This document shows, piece after piece, positions 44,770 through 54,856 of a stretch of DNA of 64,000 bases. Source of the stretch: a virus; IMG/VR virus record IMGVR_UViG_3300012919_000005, positions 1 to 64,000 of that record. One strand, written 5' to 3'. Position 1 is the stretch's first letter; the number at the start of each line of letters is the position of its first letter. The notes below the pieces were generated by a model. That model did no database searches. It saw nothing but the letters and a program-made list of their open reading frames with translations, and was not told the origin of the DNA. The position numbers and the translations under genes are program-made.

Positions 44770-45369
44770 ATGAATTTATTTTATTTAGACGAAAATCTTG
44801 ACAAATGCGCAGAATATCATGTAGATAAGCACATAGTTAAGATGCCGTTAGAGGCAGCCCAGCTGCTATGTACGGCCGTCTGGGTGGATTCCGTTTTAGG
44901 TTTCGTTCCGAGAGCATTGAATAAAGAGGAAACTCGAGAACTTAATTCTCGTAAGTCAGAAATTAAACATTTGCCAATGGAGGAGAGACCTTTAACACCT
45001 TACCTTCCTATGATGTACAACCACCCGTGCACGATTTGGACTCGGTCATCTCTTGATAACTTCGAATGGGTTCACTGTTATGCAAACGCCCTCAACGATG
45101 AATACTTTTACAGATACGGGAAGCAGCATAAATCAGTGGTGGAAGTTATTAACAGACTACCAGAACCCAAGAACATGACTAGGCTAGGAATGACGGAGTT
45201 CCTATTAGCCATGCCGGACGAGCTCAAAATGGAAGGTAATCCGATTCAGTCTTATAGAGACTATTATCATTTAGACAAAGCAACATTTGCTAGTTGGAAG
45301 TATCGTGAGAAACCTCATTGGTGGAATGAAGACTATGCAGATTATGACAAAAGGATTACAGCAAAATGA
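44770..45369 (+). CDS. Pyrimidine-dimer DNA glycosylase-like protein
   Basis: MNLFYLD...DKHIVKM.LE..QLL, NHPCTIW, YRYGKQH and AMPD motifs; leaderless behind promoter 44734-44762. Confidence 0.8.
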   Translation: MNLFYLDENLDKCAEYHVDKHIVKMPLEAAQLLCTAVWVDSVLGFVPRALNKEETRELNSRKSEIKHLPMEERPLTPYLPMMYNHPCTIWTRSSLDNFEWVHCYANALNDEYFYRYGKQHKSVVEVINRLPEPKNMTRLGMTEFLLAMPDELKMEGNPIQSYRDYYHLDKATFASWKYREKPHWWNEDYADYDKRITAK

Positions 45370-45496
45370 TTGATATAATTATAGGAATAACAGGATTAGT
45401 AGTGGTTCTTTTTGGAGGATACTTTGCTTATATGTCAAGTCATATAATAGAAGAAGAAAAACAAGGCAAAAGAATTCCTTTGCCATGGGAGAAGAA

Positions 45497-45730
45497 ATGA
45501 ACAAAGTTATAATTTATAGCAAACCTAGTTGTCCTGCATGTAAACAGGCAAAGATGTTAGCAGAAAATAAAAAGTGCGAAGTAGAGTATTTAATGATGGG
45601 AGAAGATTTTGATGCCAGTGTTTTAATGGCAACTTTTCCTGGAGCTAGAACCTTTCCGCAAATTATTTTTAATGAAGAAAAAATAGGTGGACTAGCTGCC
45701 TTGATAGAGATGCTAACAAATGAAGTTTAA
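45497..45730 (+). CDS. Glutaredoxin
   Basis: CPAC, RTFPQI and IGG motifs. Confidence 0.9.
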   Translation: MNKVIIYSKPSCPACKQAKMLAENKKCEVEYLMMGEDFDASVLMATFPGARTFPQIIFNEEKIGGLAALIEMLTNEV

Positions 45731-45980
45731 AGAAGATAAAGTATTAAATTGGGTTCAAAATCACATTCGTGATACATATGGACAACATTATGGAGAGAGT
45801 AAAATTCAGACAACTGAGTTTGTATTTGACTCTGGACATGGTGAGGGATTCTGTATCGGTAATATAATTAAATATGCACAACGATACGGAAAGAAGGCAG
45901 GGCATAACCCTGAAGATTTATTAAAAATAATACACTACGCAGTTATTTTATTAGGGAGTGAACATTATGATAAAAAGTAA
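45720..45980 (+). CDS. DUF3310-like protein
   Basis: HY...GFCIGNIIKYAQRYGKK...DLLK. Confidence 0.75.
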   Translation: MKFKEDKVLNWVQNHIRDTYGQHYGESKIQTTEFVFDSGHGEGFCIGNIIKYAQRYGKKAGHNPEDLLKIIHYAVILLGSEHYDKK

Positions 45981-46623
45981 ATCGTATGAAAAACTATCAG
46001 ACACAAACATTGAAAAAGTTGTGTCTTTGCTAGAACAAGATAATCCTATAACTAAAAAGGAAGCTTGTAATATTCTTAATATAAGGTATAACACGACCAG
46101 ACTAGCAAAAATAATAGAAGAATGGAAAGACACACAAGACTTTCGACAAAGAAGAAAAGCACAGAATAAAGGTAAAATGGCTACCAAAGATGAGATTCGT
46201 ATGGTAGTCCAAAGCTATTTGGAAGGAGATAACATTTCTAATATTTCACAAAGCATTTATCGCTCATCTTCTTTTGTTAGAAACATAATAGAAAGGCTCG
46301 GTGTTCCTCAGAAGTTAGCAGAATCTGACCATGAGGGAAAAAGAAGAGCAATGTTACCAGAGCAGTGTGTAAGTGAAAAGTTTCAAGTAGGTGAAAAAGT
46401 ATGGTCACCAAGAAACAATAAGTTCGCAGAAGTAATAGAAGAGTTTGATACTCCATACAATGAAGAAAAGTATGGGTGTCCTTGTTATAGACTATGGGTT
46501 CTAGAACCTTGCGACACTTCACAAACATTCTTCCCATGGCTAGATGGAAGTAGAACAGGCTATACAAGTTTTGCATTAGCCTATGAACTAGGAAGTTTAA
46601 GACACTTAAAAGAATATTTATAA
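45967..46623 (+). CDS. T5 D2-like protein
   Basis: TKKEACNILNIRYNTTRL and YELGSLRHL motifs. Confidence 0.7.
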   Translation: MIKSKSYEKLSDTNIEKVVSLLEQDNPITKKEACNILNIRYNTTRLAKIIEEWKDTQDFRQRRKAQNKGKMATKDEIRMVVQSYLEGDNISNISQSIYRSSSFVRNIIERLGVPQKLAESDHEGKRRAMLPEQCVSEKFQVGEKVWSPRNNKFAEVIEEFDTPYNEEKYGCPCYRLWVLEPCDTSQTFFPWLDGSRTGYTSFALAYELGSLRHLKEYL

Positions 46624-46632
46624 GGATTATCA

Positions 46633-46887
46633 ATGTGGGAATTATTATTGGCATTTTATATGTCAAGCGTAGGAATGTTAATGTATCGTCTATGGTGGCC
46701 GATACACAAGTTTATGCGCAAAACTCACCCACACCATACAACAACACAGTATTGGCCAGTTATATTTATAATATTTTTGGTCGGATTAACAGTAGGAGCA
46801 GTCTTTTTACTCGGTTGCATCATAAGTGATGACTTGAGAGAAAGATTCTGCTCTAAGTATTTATTAACATTATTCGAGGAAACATGA
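46633..46887 (+). CDS. Membrane protein
   Basis: Hydrophobic helices. Confidence 0.55.
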   Translation: MWELLLAFYMSSVGMLMYRLWWPIHKFMRKTHPHHTTTQYWPVIFIIFLVGLTVGAVFLLGCIISDDLRERFCSKYLLTLFEET

Positions 46888-47096
46888 GCAATAATTACAG
46901 AGAAAGATTAGTAAAAGCACTCATAAAATTTTATGAAGGTGGTATAGAAGCCCACAAAGTAAACATTGAAGTTTTGTTAGGCTCTCATGTGGGACTAGCA
47001 GAACACGGAGACATTATCGAAACTCTTGACGCAGAAATAGAAAAGCTAGCAGCTCTCGAAGATAAATTAGCATCATTGAAAAAGTATTTTTCATAG
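46884..47096 (+). CDS. Hypothetical protein
   Basis: VGLAEHGDIIE motif. Confidence 0.65.
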   Translation: MSNNYRERLVKALIKFYEGGIEAHKVNIEVLLGSHVGLAEHGDIIETLDAEIEKLAALEDKLASLKKYFS

Positions 47097-47257
47097 CATG
47101 TCTAAAATAGTTCTTGACAAATCTTTCAAAATTTAATATAATATATTATAAATTTAGGAAAGATATCAATATGAGTGATAGATTTTATTTTCAGATGAAG
47201 CAGTCAACGGGTTGGTGCCCTGGCATGCCAGAATCTTACAAAAACAGGAGAAGAAGA

Positions 47258-47614
47258 ATGTCAACTTGGACAGATGAAACAAAACAAGAAGCAGTAGAAT
47301 TATATACTGCTGAAGAACCAACTCCAGAAAACAGTATGGAGATTGTTGCTGACATAGCTGAGCAACTTGGACAAACACCTAATGGTGTTAGAATGATATT
47401 AACAAAAGCAGGAGTATATGTTAAGAAAACTCCAGCCGCTAAATCCTCAGGTGGAAGCACAGGTGGAACTAGAGTATCAAAACAAGACGCTCAAGAGAGC
47501 TTAAGTGCAGCAATCAGTGATGCAGGACACGATGTGGACATGGCAATCATTGATAAATTAACAGGTAAAGCAGCGAATTACTTTGCTGACATTATCAATA
47601 AACTAAACGCGTAA
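47258..47614 (+). CDS. T5 D3-like DNA-binding protein
   Basis: WTDE...PNGVRMILTKAGVYVKK...IIDKLTGKAA; promoter at 47114-47142; terminator at ~47620-47647. Confidence 0.8.
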   Translation: MSTWTDETKQEAVELYTAEEPTPENSMEIVADIAEQLGQTPNGVRMILTKAGVYVKKTPAAKSSGGSTGGTRVSKQDAQESLSAAISDAGHDVDMAIIDKLTGKAANYFADIINKLNA

Positions 47615-47711
47615 GTTTTATACCCCGACTAGTTTCGGGGTATTTTTGTATCTAAAATATTGACCTTCAGTTAAAAAGAAGAAAATTTTCAACTATTAAC
47701 TAAGGAGCAAT

Positions 47712-47981
47712 ATGAAGAAAAAAGAGTTCATCGAAAAGATGGACAGAGCAGGCGATGCAATAATTACTTACAGAAGTCAAAATAGTCGTAAACTAAAATA
47801 TAATGTTTGCACAATGGATTTTGATAACAAGTATATTCAGTCTAAAAAGACTAGAGCCAAGGCAGGTCAACATACTGTTTTATGCTTTTGCTGGGATACA
47901 GATTCATACAGAATACTTATACCCGACAATGTAACTTCTATAGTTCCATTAAATAAGGTGATAAAAAATGAACCTTTATGA
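47712..47981 (+). CDS. Conserved T5-like hypothetical protein
   Basis: YNVCTMDFDNKYI and FCWDTDSYR motifs. Confidence 0.7.
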   Translation: MKKKEFIEKMDRAGDAIITYRSQNSRKLKYNVCTMDFDNKYIQSKKTRAKAGQHTVLCFCWDTDSYRILIPDNVTSIVPLNKVIKNEPL

Positions 47982-48270
47982 AGTACCAGCAACATACGAA
48001 AAAGTTATTTCAATCAACGAAGATAACTCAGAACAAATAAGACTAGTAATAAATAGTTTTAGAGGGAAAGAGTATTTACATCTTCGCAAGTACTACCAAG
48101 ACTTTGATGAACAATGGAAGCCTAGTAAGGACGGTATTGCTATGTCTATAGATTTTAATAATACTAGAGAACTCTTCCAAGGATTAGTAGAGATTATTTC
48201 TCTCGCTGAAAGCAAAGAGATACTAGAAAGAGAGTTTAAAGAGTTGATAACAAATACCTATCAATCATAA
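47968..48270 (+). CDS. PC4-like ssDNA-binding protein
   Basis: FRGKEYLHLRKYY...WKPSKDGI. Confidence 0.8.
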   Translation: MNLYEVPATYEKVISINEDNSEQIRLVINSFRGKEYLHLRKYYQDFDEQWKPSKDGIAMSIDFNNTRELFQGLVEIISLAESKEILEREFKELITNTYQS

Positions 48271-48316
48271 AAAAATAATTCTTGACAAATCCTCATAATT
48301 TTAGTATAATATACAT

Positions 48317-48610
48317 ATGATTATAAAAGGAAACATGGGCTACGACCAACACGGGCGTAAAAGAAAGAGAAGACCACTTAGCAGGAAACGACCTAAAGCC
48401 AAACTTGGCTGGTCGGTAGTAAAGCGAAAAGAGTATACAGAAAACAAAAAAAGAAATGAAATAAAAAGTGCACCTATAGGAGAGTATAAAGTTCCTAAAG
48501 ACACTTCTTATAAAAAAGAAATAAGTAAACAATACACAGTCTCTATTGCATATAACAAAGGTGCCTACCAAGTTATACCTAATAGTGACATTGAGCATAT
48601 AGGCAAATGA
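48317..48610 (+). CDS. Basic hypothetical protein (leaderless)
   Basis: Promoter at 48282-48310; AYNKGAYQVI motif. Confidence 0.7.
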   Translation: MIIKGNMGYDQHGRKRKRRPLSRKRPKAKLGWSVVKRKEYTENKKRNEIKSAPIGEYKVPKDTSYKKEISKQYTVSIAYNKGAYQVIPNSDIEHIGK

Positions 48611-49539
48611 TAGACAAATTAGTTAGAACAGCAGCGCAAGCATATTATGAAGGCAATCCCATCATGTCAGATGAGATATATGACCACTTATTAGAACTTG
48701 CAAGTATCGAAGATGTAGGCTACTCAGCCAATTCAGAAAAAAGATTTCCACATTTATATCCAATGTTTTCCCTACAAAAAATTTGGGACGCAGAGGATAG
48801 ACCTATGTGGAAAGAAGCATTTGTTAGTCCAAAACTAGATGGAGCCGCAGTAAGCATTCTTATTGGTGAAGGTATTTTACAAAAAGTACTAACACGAGGT
48901 GACGGTAAAGAAGGACTTGACATCACACATCTTATGAGATATAAACTTCCAACACATTTTCCAAATCAAGGAGTGTATCAGATAACAGGAGAAGTAGTAG
49001 CACCTAAAAGTATACCAAATGCAAGAAACTATGCTGCAGGAGCGTTGGGGCTAAAAGATGCAGAAGAGTTTAAAACACGAGATGTTAGATTTGTAGCATA
49101 CGGTATAGAGCCTTCTCCAACAGAAGATTATCATAACGATTTAAGATTCATAGAAACATTAGGATTTACAACAGTAAAAAACTTATCTAACCCTGAGAAA
49201 TATCCACAAGATGGTATGGTTGTTAGAATGATGAATAATGCAGACTTTTACGATGCAGGATTTACTAGTCACCACCCAAGAGGAGCATATGCTCTGAAAG
49301 AAAGAGAGAAGGGAGTAGTTACAAAACTACTTGATGTAGAGTGGCAAGTTGGAAAATCAGGAGCAGTATCTCCAGTTGCAATATTAGAACCTGTTATGAT
49401 AGAAGACGCAGTAGTTAGTAGAGCAAGTTTACATAATAAAGGAATCATAGAGGCGCTTGAACTAGAAATAGGTTGTCAAGTAGAAGTAATTAGAGCGGGA
49501 AAAATAATCCCACAAATAGTAGGAAGGATAGATGTTTAG
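48607..49539 (+). CDS. ligA: NAD-dependent DNA ligase, subunit A (adenylation + OB)
   Basis: SPKLDG, LTRGDG, DGMV and RAGKIIPQI motifs. Confidence 0.92.
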   Translation: MIDKLVRTAAQAYYEGNPIMSDEIYDHLLELASIEDVGYSANSEKRFPHLYPMFSLQKIWDAEDRPMWKEAFVSPKLDGAAVSILIGEGILQKVLTRGDGKEGLDITHLMRYKLPTHFPNQGVYQITGEVVAPKSIPNARNYAAGALGLKDAEEFKTRDVRFVAYGIEPSPTEDYHNDLRFIETLGFTTVKNLSNPEKYPQDGMVVRMMNNADFYDAGFTSHHPRGAYALKEREKGVVTKLLDVEWQVGKSGAVSPVAILEPVMIEDAVVSRASLHNKGIIEALELEIGCQVEVIRAGKIIPQIVGRIDV

Positions 49540-49729
49540 TGTAGAAAAAGATATATTACATGAGTATAGAAAAGGTTCAAGATGGGCACAAGTGTACCAA
49601 CTGAATAGTGGACACTATCTTGTTAGAATGTTTGAAGAACAAGTCTGGCAAGAAGATAGAGTAATAAAAAACAAAACAGAAAGATACGCAGAAGATTGTG
49701 CTGAAAATTATGTTGAAGGAATCTTTTAG
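49532..49729 (+). CDS. Hypothetical protein
   Basis: YAEDCAENYV motif. Confidence 0.6.
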   Translation: MFSVEKDILHEYRKGSRWAQVYQLNSGHYLVRMFEEQVWQEDRVIKNKTERYAEDCAENYVEGIF

Positions 49730-49841
49730 TGGAATTTATTATAGGAGCAGTATGGATTTTATATATGGTAGCAATTCATGTACTAGCAATTGTTGGTAGT
49801 GTAGTTGGCTTTATCATATGGGAGCAAGGTAGGAAATACTA

Positions 49842-50177
49842 ATGAAATCTTTATGGCATGATTATATGACAAAACAAAAATTCACACTTGCAGAAATAGA
49901 AAACAGCAAAAGAATATACAAAAGTGCAACGCCTAAACAAACCTTAGATTGGTATGTTAAGTGGATAGCTTCTACTATATTGTTATGTGGTATGATGTTT
50001 CGGGCAGAAGGATTGTACCCATTAGCTGATTTAGTTCTATCTTTTGTAGGAGTTACTCTATGGTTATGGGTAGCACTTATTTGGAGAGACCGAGCATTAA
50101 TTATACTAAATGCAGTAGCAATGTTAGTATTAGGCTCGGGATTACTTAGGTATTTTTCACCGATGCTTCTATCGTGA
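49842..50177 (+). CDS. Membrane protein
   Basis: WYVKW...WRDRALIILN; three TM helices. Confidence 0.65.
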   Translation: MKSLWHDYMTKQKFTLAEIENSKRIYKSATPKQTLDWYVKWIASTILLCGMMFRAEGLYPLADLVLSFVGVTLWLWVALIWRDRALIILNAVAMLVLGSGLLRYFSPMLLS

Positions 50178-50542
50178 GTAAGGGAGTATATAACCAAACA
50201 TACTTTAACAACCACCCACTAGAAAAAGAAAGGGAAGGAGTTTTATATGGCGTGATTTTGGTAAACACAAGAACATGGGAACGCGAATGTATCAAAGTCG
50301 GAATTGCTAGTGGGAAAGACTGGCGCCATGTAATTAAGCGCAGTCGTGGCTTCAAAGGATATGATTTAAGAATCCAAAGAACTTTCCATGACACGATTTA
50401 CAATTGCTGGAAGTATGAACAAGAACTTCATACTAAATATCAGCAAGACAAGTATAGTCCAAAAATTAAGTTTGGAGGACATACGGAGTGTTTCAAAATT
50501 TCGTCCTCAATTCTACAGGACTTCCCGAAAAATAAATCTTGA
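50174..50542 (+). CDS. GIY-YIG/T5orf172-like protein
   Basis: VLY...IKVGIA...E...LH...FGGHTECF. Confidence 0.65.
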   Translation: MSKGVYNQTYFNNHPLEKEREGVLYGVILVNTRTWERECIKVGIASGKDWRHVIKRSRGFKGYDLRIQRTFHDTIYNCWKYEQELHTKYQQDKYSPKIKFGGHTECFKISSSILQDFPKNKS

Positions 50543-50590
50543 CAAATGGTCAGAATCTTAGTATAATATATAATATATTTTGAGAAAAGA

Positions 50591-51334
50591 ATGATAGCAA
50601 TACCAACAGAATGTCCAAGTTGTAAATCAAGTCTAAAACTTGTTAAGGATATTTTGTATTGCTTAAACGACCATTGTCCTGCTAAGTGGGACAAACGGGT
50701 GGAAGGCTTTGCCAAACACCTCAAAATAAAAGGTCTCGGACCTTCGACCATTCAGAAACTAGAGTTACAGGACTTTCACGACATATACTCTCTTGAAGAG
50801 CCAGTGATTTCTGACCTCTTAAATTCTGAGAGATTGGGTAGTAAACTCTGGAAAGAGATTGCTTTATCCACAGACAAAGGTCTCGAAGAACTCCTCCCAG
50901 CATTTGGTATTCCACTTGTTGGCAGGTCAGTTGCTTCGAAGATATGTTCTAAAATTGAACATATATCTCAAATTAATTGGGATTCCTGTCGTCTTGCAGG
51001 TCTAGGTCCGAAGGCTTCTCAAAACTTAATAAACTGGATAGAAGATGAGTTTTATCCCTATGAATACGACAAACTTCCTTTCTCTTTCAAGACGAAACAA
51101 AAAAGTGTAAAAGAAGAGAGTAAAGGAGTCGTCTGTATCACAGGAAAGCTTAAAAGTTATCCGAATAAATCAGCTGCTCATGCAGTGCTTGAGAAAGCTG
51201 GTTATACAGTAAAAAGTAGTGTGACAAACGCCGTTACAATACTTATAAACGAAAGTGGCATTGATAGTTCTAAAACTAATAATGCCAGAGCAAAAGGCGT
51301 AAAGATAATAACAAATATAAAGGAAATATTATAA
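50591..51334 (+). CDS. ligB: NAD-dependent DNA ligase, subunit B (Zn finger, HhH, BRCT)
   Basis: CPSC...C...C, IKGLG and CITGKL motifs; promoter at 50539-50567. Confidence 0.88.
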   Translation: MIAIPTECPSCKSSLKLVKDILYCLNDHCPAKWDKRVEGFAKHLKIKGLGPSTIQKLELQDFHDIYSLEEPVISDLLNSERLGSKLWKEIALSTDKGLEELLPAFGIPLVGRSVASKICSKIEHISQINWDSCRLAGLGPKASQNLINWIEDEFYPYEYDKLPFSFKTKQKSVKEESKGVVCITGKLKSYPNKSAAHAVLEKAGYTVKSSVTNAVTILINESGIDSSKTNNARAKGVKIITNIKEIL

Positions 51335-51345
51335 AAGGAATAATT

Positions 51346-52065
51346 ATGGCATTACCAAAGTGGACAGACGAGAGAACCGATCAACTGGTTAACTTTGTCG
51401 GTGACGGACCTGTTTCCCAACATCAAGTAGCTGAAGCTGCTGATATGTTAGAAACTTCAACAAGAAGTGTTTCTAGCAAGTTGAGAAAAATGGGTTATGA
51501 AGTTGAATTAGCTTCTTCATCAGCAACTAAAGCTTTTTCTGATGAACAAGAAGCAACCCTACAAAATTTTGTAGAATCAAACAGCGGAACATATACATAC
51601 GCTGAAATAGCAGAGTCTTTTGAAAACGGACATTTTTCTGCTAAATCAATACAAGGAAAAATCCTTTCTATGGAATTAACAGAACATGTTAAACCAGCAG
51701 AGAAAGTTGTAACACCTAGAACTTACAACGAAGACGAAGAAGCACAGTTTATTCAAATGGTAAACGATGGTGCTTTCGTAGAAGCTATAGCTGAAACTCT
51801 TGACAGAAGTGTAAACTCTATCAGAGGTAAAGCTCTTTCTTTACTTAGAAGTGGCGATATTAACGCTATTCCTAAGCAAGAGTTCACAAAAGGCTCAAAC
51901 AAAGCTGACCCTTTTGCAGACTTAGATATTGCTTCAATGACTGTAGAAGAAATCTCAGAAAACATCGGCAAAACTGTTAGAGGCGTGAAAACAATGCTAA
52001 CAAGAAGAGGTCTTGCATCAGCAGACTACGATGGTTCAGCTAGAAAAGAAAAATCAGTCAGCTAA
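51346..52065 (+). CDS. T5 D5-like DNA-binding protein
   Basis: RSVSSKLRKMG, SIRGKALSL and GVKTMLTRRG repeats; terminator at ~52085-52117. Confidence 0.85.
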   Translation: MALPKWTDERTDQLVNFVGDGPVSQHQVAEAADMLETSTRSVSSKLRKMGYEVELASSSATKAFSDEQEATLQNFVESNSGTYTYAEIAESFENGHFSAKSIQGKILSMELTEHVKPAEKVVTPRTYNEDEEAQFIQMVNDGAFVEAIAETLDRSVNSIRGKALSLLRSGDINAIPKQEFTKGSNKADPFADLDIASMTVEEISENIGKTVRGVKTMLTRRGLASADYDGSARKEKSVS

Positions 52066-52129
52066 TTTTATTAGTTTAATTTAAGTGAGTGGGGAGTAAT
52101 CCTCACTCATGTTTTTTGGGAGAAAAGCA

Positions 52130-53479
52130 TTGACACTTGCATCAGCACTGTTGCATCAAATTATATCACAAGAACATATTTCAGTTTGGACAGAACTGAA
52201 GGAATCTTATTTACCTCAAGAATATAAATCGCTATGGAAAATAGTTAACTCGCATGTCGACAGATATGGGAGACTTCCTTCGTTTGAAGATTTAAAGTTT
52301 GAAATTAGGGATTCCAAACTACAGGAAATGGTTTTTGCGATAGAATCGATAGAAACAGAAATCGATGCAGACACTCTGCTTGATTACCAAAAGAACGAAT
52401 ACACACAAAATGAGATATTATCTCAGATAGATAAGTATGTAGATGAAACGATTGCGTTCTCTACAGCTGAAGAAAATCTCGAAGGACTACAAGAAATAGT
52501 TATCGAGGTTTCAGAAAAGGTAGATACTACTCCGCCTGAAGAAAACATGTCAAAAATAGAACTGTTTGATGCAGAAGACGAACTTGGCAAGTATGTAACT
52601 TTAGGGTTAAATCAGGAGTATGATTTAGACTTTTCATTTTCTCCCAAGGACTTAGTGCTAGTGGGAGGACGACGAGGTGCAGGTAAATCTATTACCTGTG
52701 CAAACCTGGCTAATAGTATATACGAAAAAGGAAGGTCTGCTGTTTATTTCACGATTGAGATGGATAGTAGACAAATCCTACAAAGAATCTGTGCTTTAGG
52801 AGCAAATGTTCCAGTTAACAGATTAAAACAGAAAAACTTATCCCAAGATGAATGGAATAGAGTAGCAAAATGGTGGTGTGATAGATACGAAGATAGTGAA
52901 GGTCATTTAGTTGACTTTTATGAACATCGTAACTTTGATGCCATGCACACTAAACTAGTTAAGGGAAGTTTACGAGAAGATAGGCAAATAGAGATAATCT
53001 ATGACCCTATACTTACTATTGGAAAAATTGACGCAGTTTTAAAAACTAAAATGAATCAATTACCAGATGTTGGAGTAATCATTGTAGATTACCTCAACCA
53101 AGTCAAACGCTCGCTAGCACAAGGTCGTCAGTATGAGTGGACAGAACAGATAGAAGTTAGTAAAGCTTTGAAGTCTATGGCTCAAGAGTATGAAACTATG
53201 GTGTTCTCTCCATATCAAACTGATGCAACAGGAGAAGCAAGATTTGCAAAAGGTATACTTGATGCTGCTGATGCAGCCTACAGTCTTAACGCATGGAATC
53301 AAGAAGATAGTTGTATTACTTTCAGCTGTCAGAAAATGAGAAGTGCACAAATGAGAGACTTTACTTCTGAAATGGATTGGGAAACATTACGAATTGGACC
53401 GCAATCTGTGATGAATCCAGAAGAAAGAGAAGAAATGAAAGAAAGTATGGCAACAGGAGAATCAGTAAATGAACTTTAA
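52130..53479 (+). CDS. DnaB-like replicative helicase (D6)
   Basis: GRRGAGKS, FTIEM and IVDYLNQ motifs; likely TTG start. Confidence 0.9.
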   Translation: MTLASALLHQIISQEHISVWTELKESYLPQEYKSLWKIVNSHVDRYGRLPSFEDLKFEIRDSKLQEMVFAIESIETEIDADTLLDYQKNEYTQNEILSQIDKYVDETIAFSTAEENLEGLQEIVIEVSEKVDTTPPEENMSKIELFDAEDELGKYVTLGLNQEYDLDFSFSPKDLVLVGGRRGAGKSITCANLANSIYEKGRSAVYFTIEMDSRQILQRICALGANVPVNRLKQKNLSQDEWNRVAKWWCDRYEDSEGHLVDFYEHRNFDAMHTKLVKGSLREDRQIEIIYDPILTIGKIDAVLKTKMNQLPDVGVIIVDYLNQVKRSLAQGRQYEWTEQIEVSKALKSMAQEYETMVFSPYQTDATGEARFAKGILDAADAAYSLNAWNQEDSCITFSCQKMRSAQMRDFTSEMDWETLRIGPQSVMNPEEREEMKESMATGESVNEL

Positions 53480-54013
53480 AGAATGGGCAAAAGATTGTAT
53501 CCTTAGAAAATTACTAGGATTACCACTAAAGTGCCCGCATTGTGATGAAGATTTACCAAAGGAGTTAGAATGGACACAACAACAATAATAATAGTAGCAA
53601 TGTTTTTGGTTTATATGTATTTCAATGATAACGACAGGAATGGATACTCATGAGATTATTAGTAGAAACAGTTGGAGAAGTAAGAGTATTCAAAGATAGG
53701 TCACTATTTGGGCTACCTAGATATGTGGTAGAACATTTTGACCCAGAGTTTGGATTTAGATATACAAAAGTATTATCAGGAATATGGTACAAAAAAGATG
53801 ATGTAATAGAAATAGCCACAAATATTAATGAGGGGTTAGAATGATATTATATACAGAAAAACAGTTACAAACAGCTTATATTAAGTATGTAAGAGAACTA
53901 CATAAATATAATATAAGTAATAAACTTTATATAAAGATTCCTACATTGGAAGAGTTTAGACCAATGTATGAAGCAGAGATGGAATTACAAATGGAAGGAG
54001 GAGATATACACTA

Positions 54014-54856
54014 ATGGAAGCAGTACAATTACTAGATGATAAAGGTGTTGACTATACATTATCGGGGAAAGATGCAGTTATAAAATGCTTGAACCCTGAG
54101 CATGATGATAACAACCCTTCTATGAGAGTAGACAAAGTTACAGGAATGTTTCATTGTTTCTCTTGTGGTTTCAAAGGTAATTTATTTACTTTCTTTGGTG
54201 CACCTCAGTCACCTCTTGAAGTAAAAAGAGCATTGTTAAAAGAGAAAATAGCAGAAAAGAAAGCTTCAAGTGTTGGATTAAAAATGCCAACAGGAGCAAT
54301 GATGTATAATGGAACACTAAGAAATATTAGTGCAGAAACATTAAAAATATGGAGTGCTTTTACTTGGGACGATGGAGACAAATTTACAGGTAGAGTTGTC
54401 TTTCCTATACGAGATATAACAGGGAAGACAGTAGGATTGATTGGAAGATTATTAAAAGATGACCCAACAAGACCTAAGTATCATATCTACCCACCAGGAT
54501 TAAAATTACCATTATGTCCTGCAAAACCAAAAATGATACAAAATAGGGTAATATTAGTTGAGGGTATATTTGATGCTCTCAATCTATGGGATAAAGGATT
54601 AAAAAATACAGTCTGTTGTTTTGGAACACAGTCTGTAGATTGGGTAAAACTATCTATTCTAAAAATGCAAGGCGCAACAGGAATGGATATTATGTTTGAC
54701 GGAGATGAAGCAGGGCAAACAGCTGCCACTAGAGTGCAGTCTATATGTGATGAACTTGGTCTTGCTCATCAAACAATAAAATTAAAACAGGGAAATGACC
54801 CTGGCAACTTCACAAAAGAGGGAGTTACTAGATTAAAAAGGAGATTATATGGCTAG
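54014..54856 (+). CDS. DNA primase
   Basis: Zn finger CLNPEH...CFSC; TOPRIM VEGIFD...FDGD. Confidence 0.92.
   Translation: MEAVQLLDDKGVDYTLSGKDAVIKCLNPEHDDNNPSMRVDKVTGMFHCFSCGFKGNLFTFFGAPQSPLEVKRALLKEKIAEKKASSVGLKMPTGAMMYNGTLRNISAETLKIWSAFTWDDGDKFTGRVVFPIRDITGKTVGLIGRLLKDDPTRPKYHIYPPGLKLPLCPAKPKMIQNRVILVEGIFDALNLWDKGLKNTVCCFGTQSVDWVKLSILKMQGATGMDIMFDGDEAGQTAATRVQSICDELGLAHQTIKLKQGNDPGNFTKEGVTRLKRRLYG

Noticed and set aside
48607-51334. Split ligase as a novel intron/intein event
   Set aside because: A two-subunit NAD ligase is the known T5 arrangement; the intervening sequence is ordinary ORFs and ligB has its own promoter
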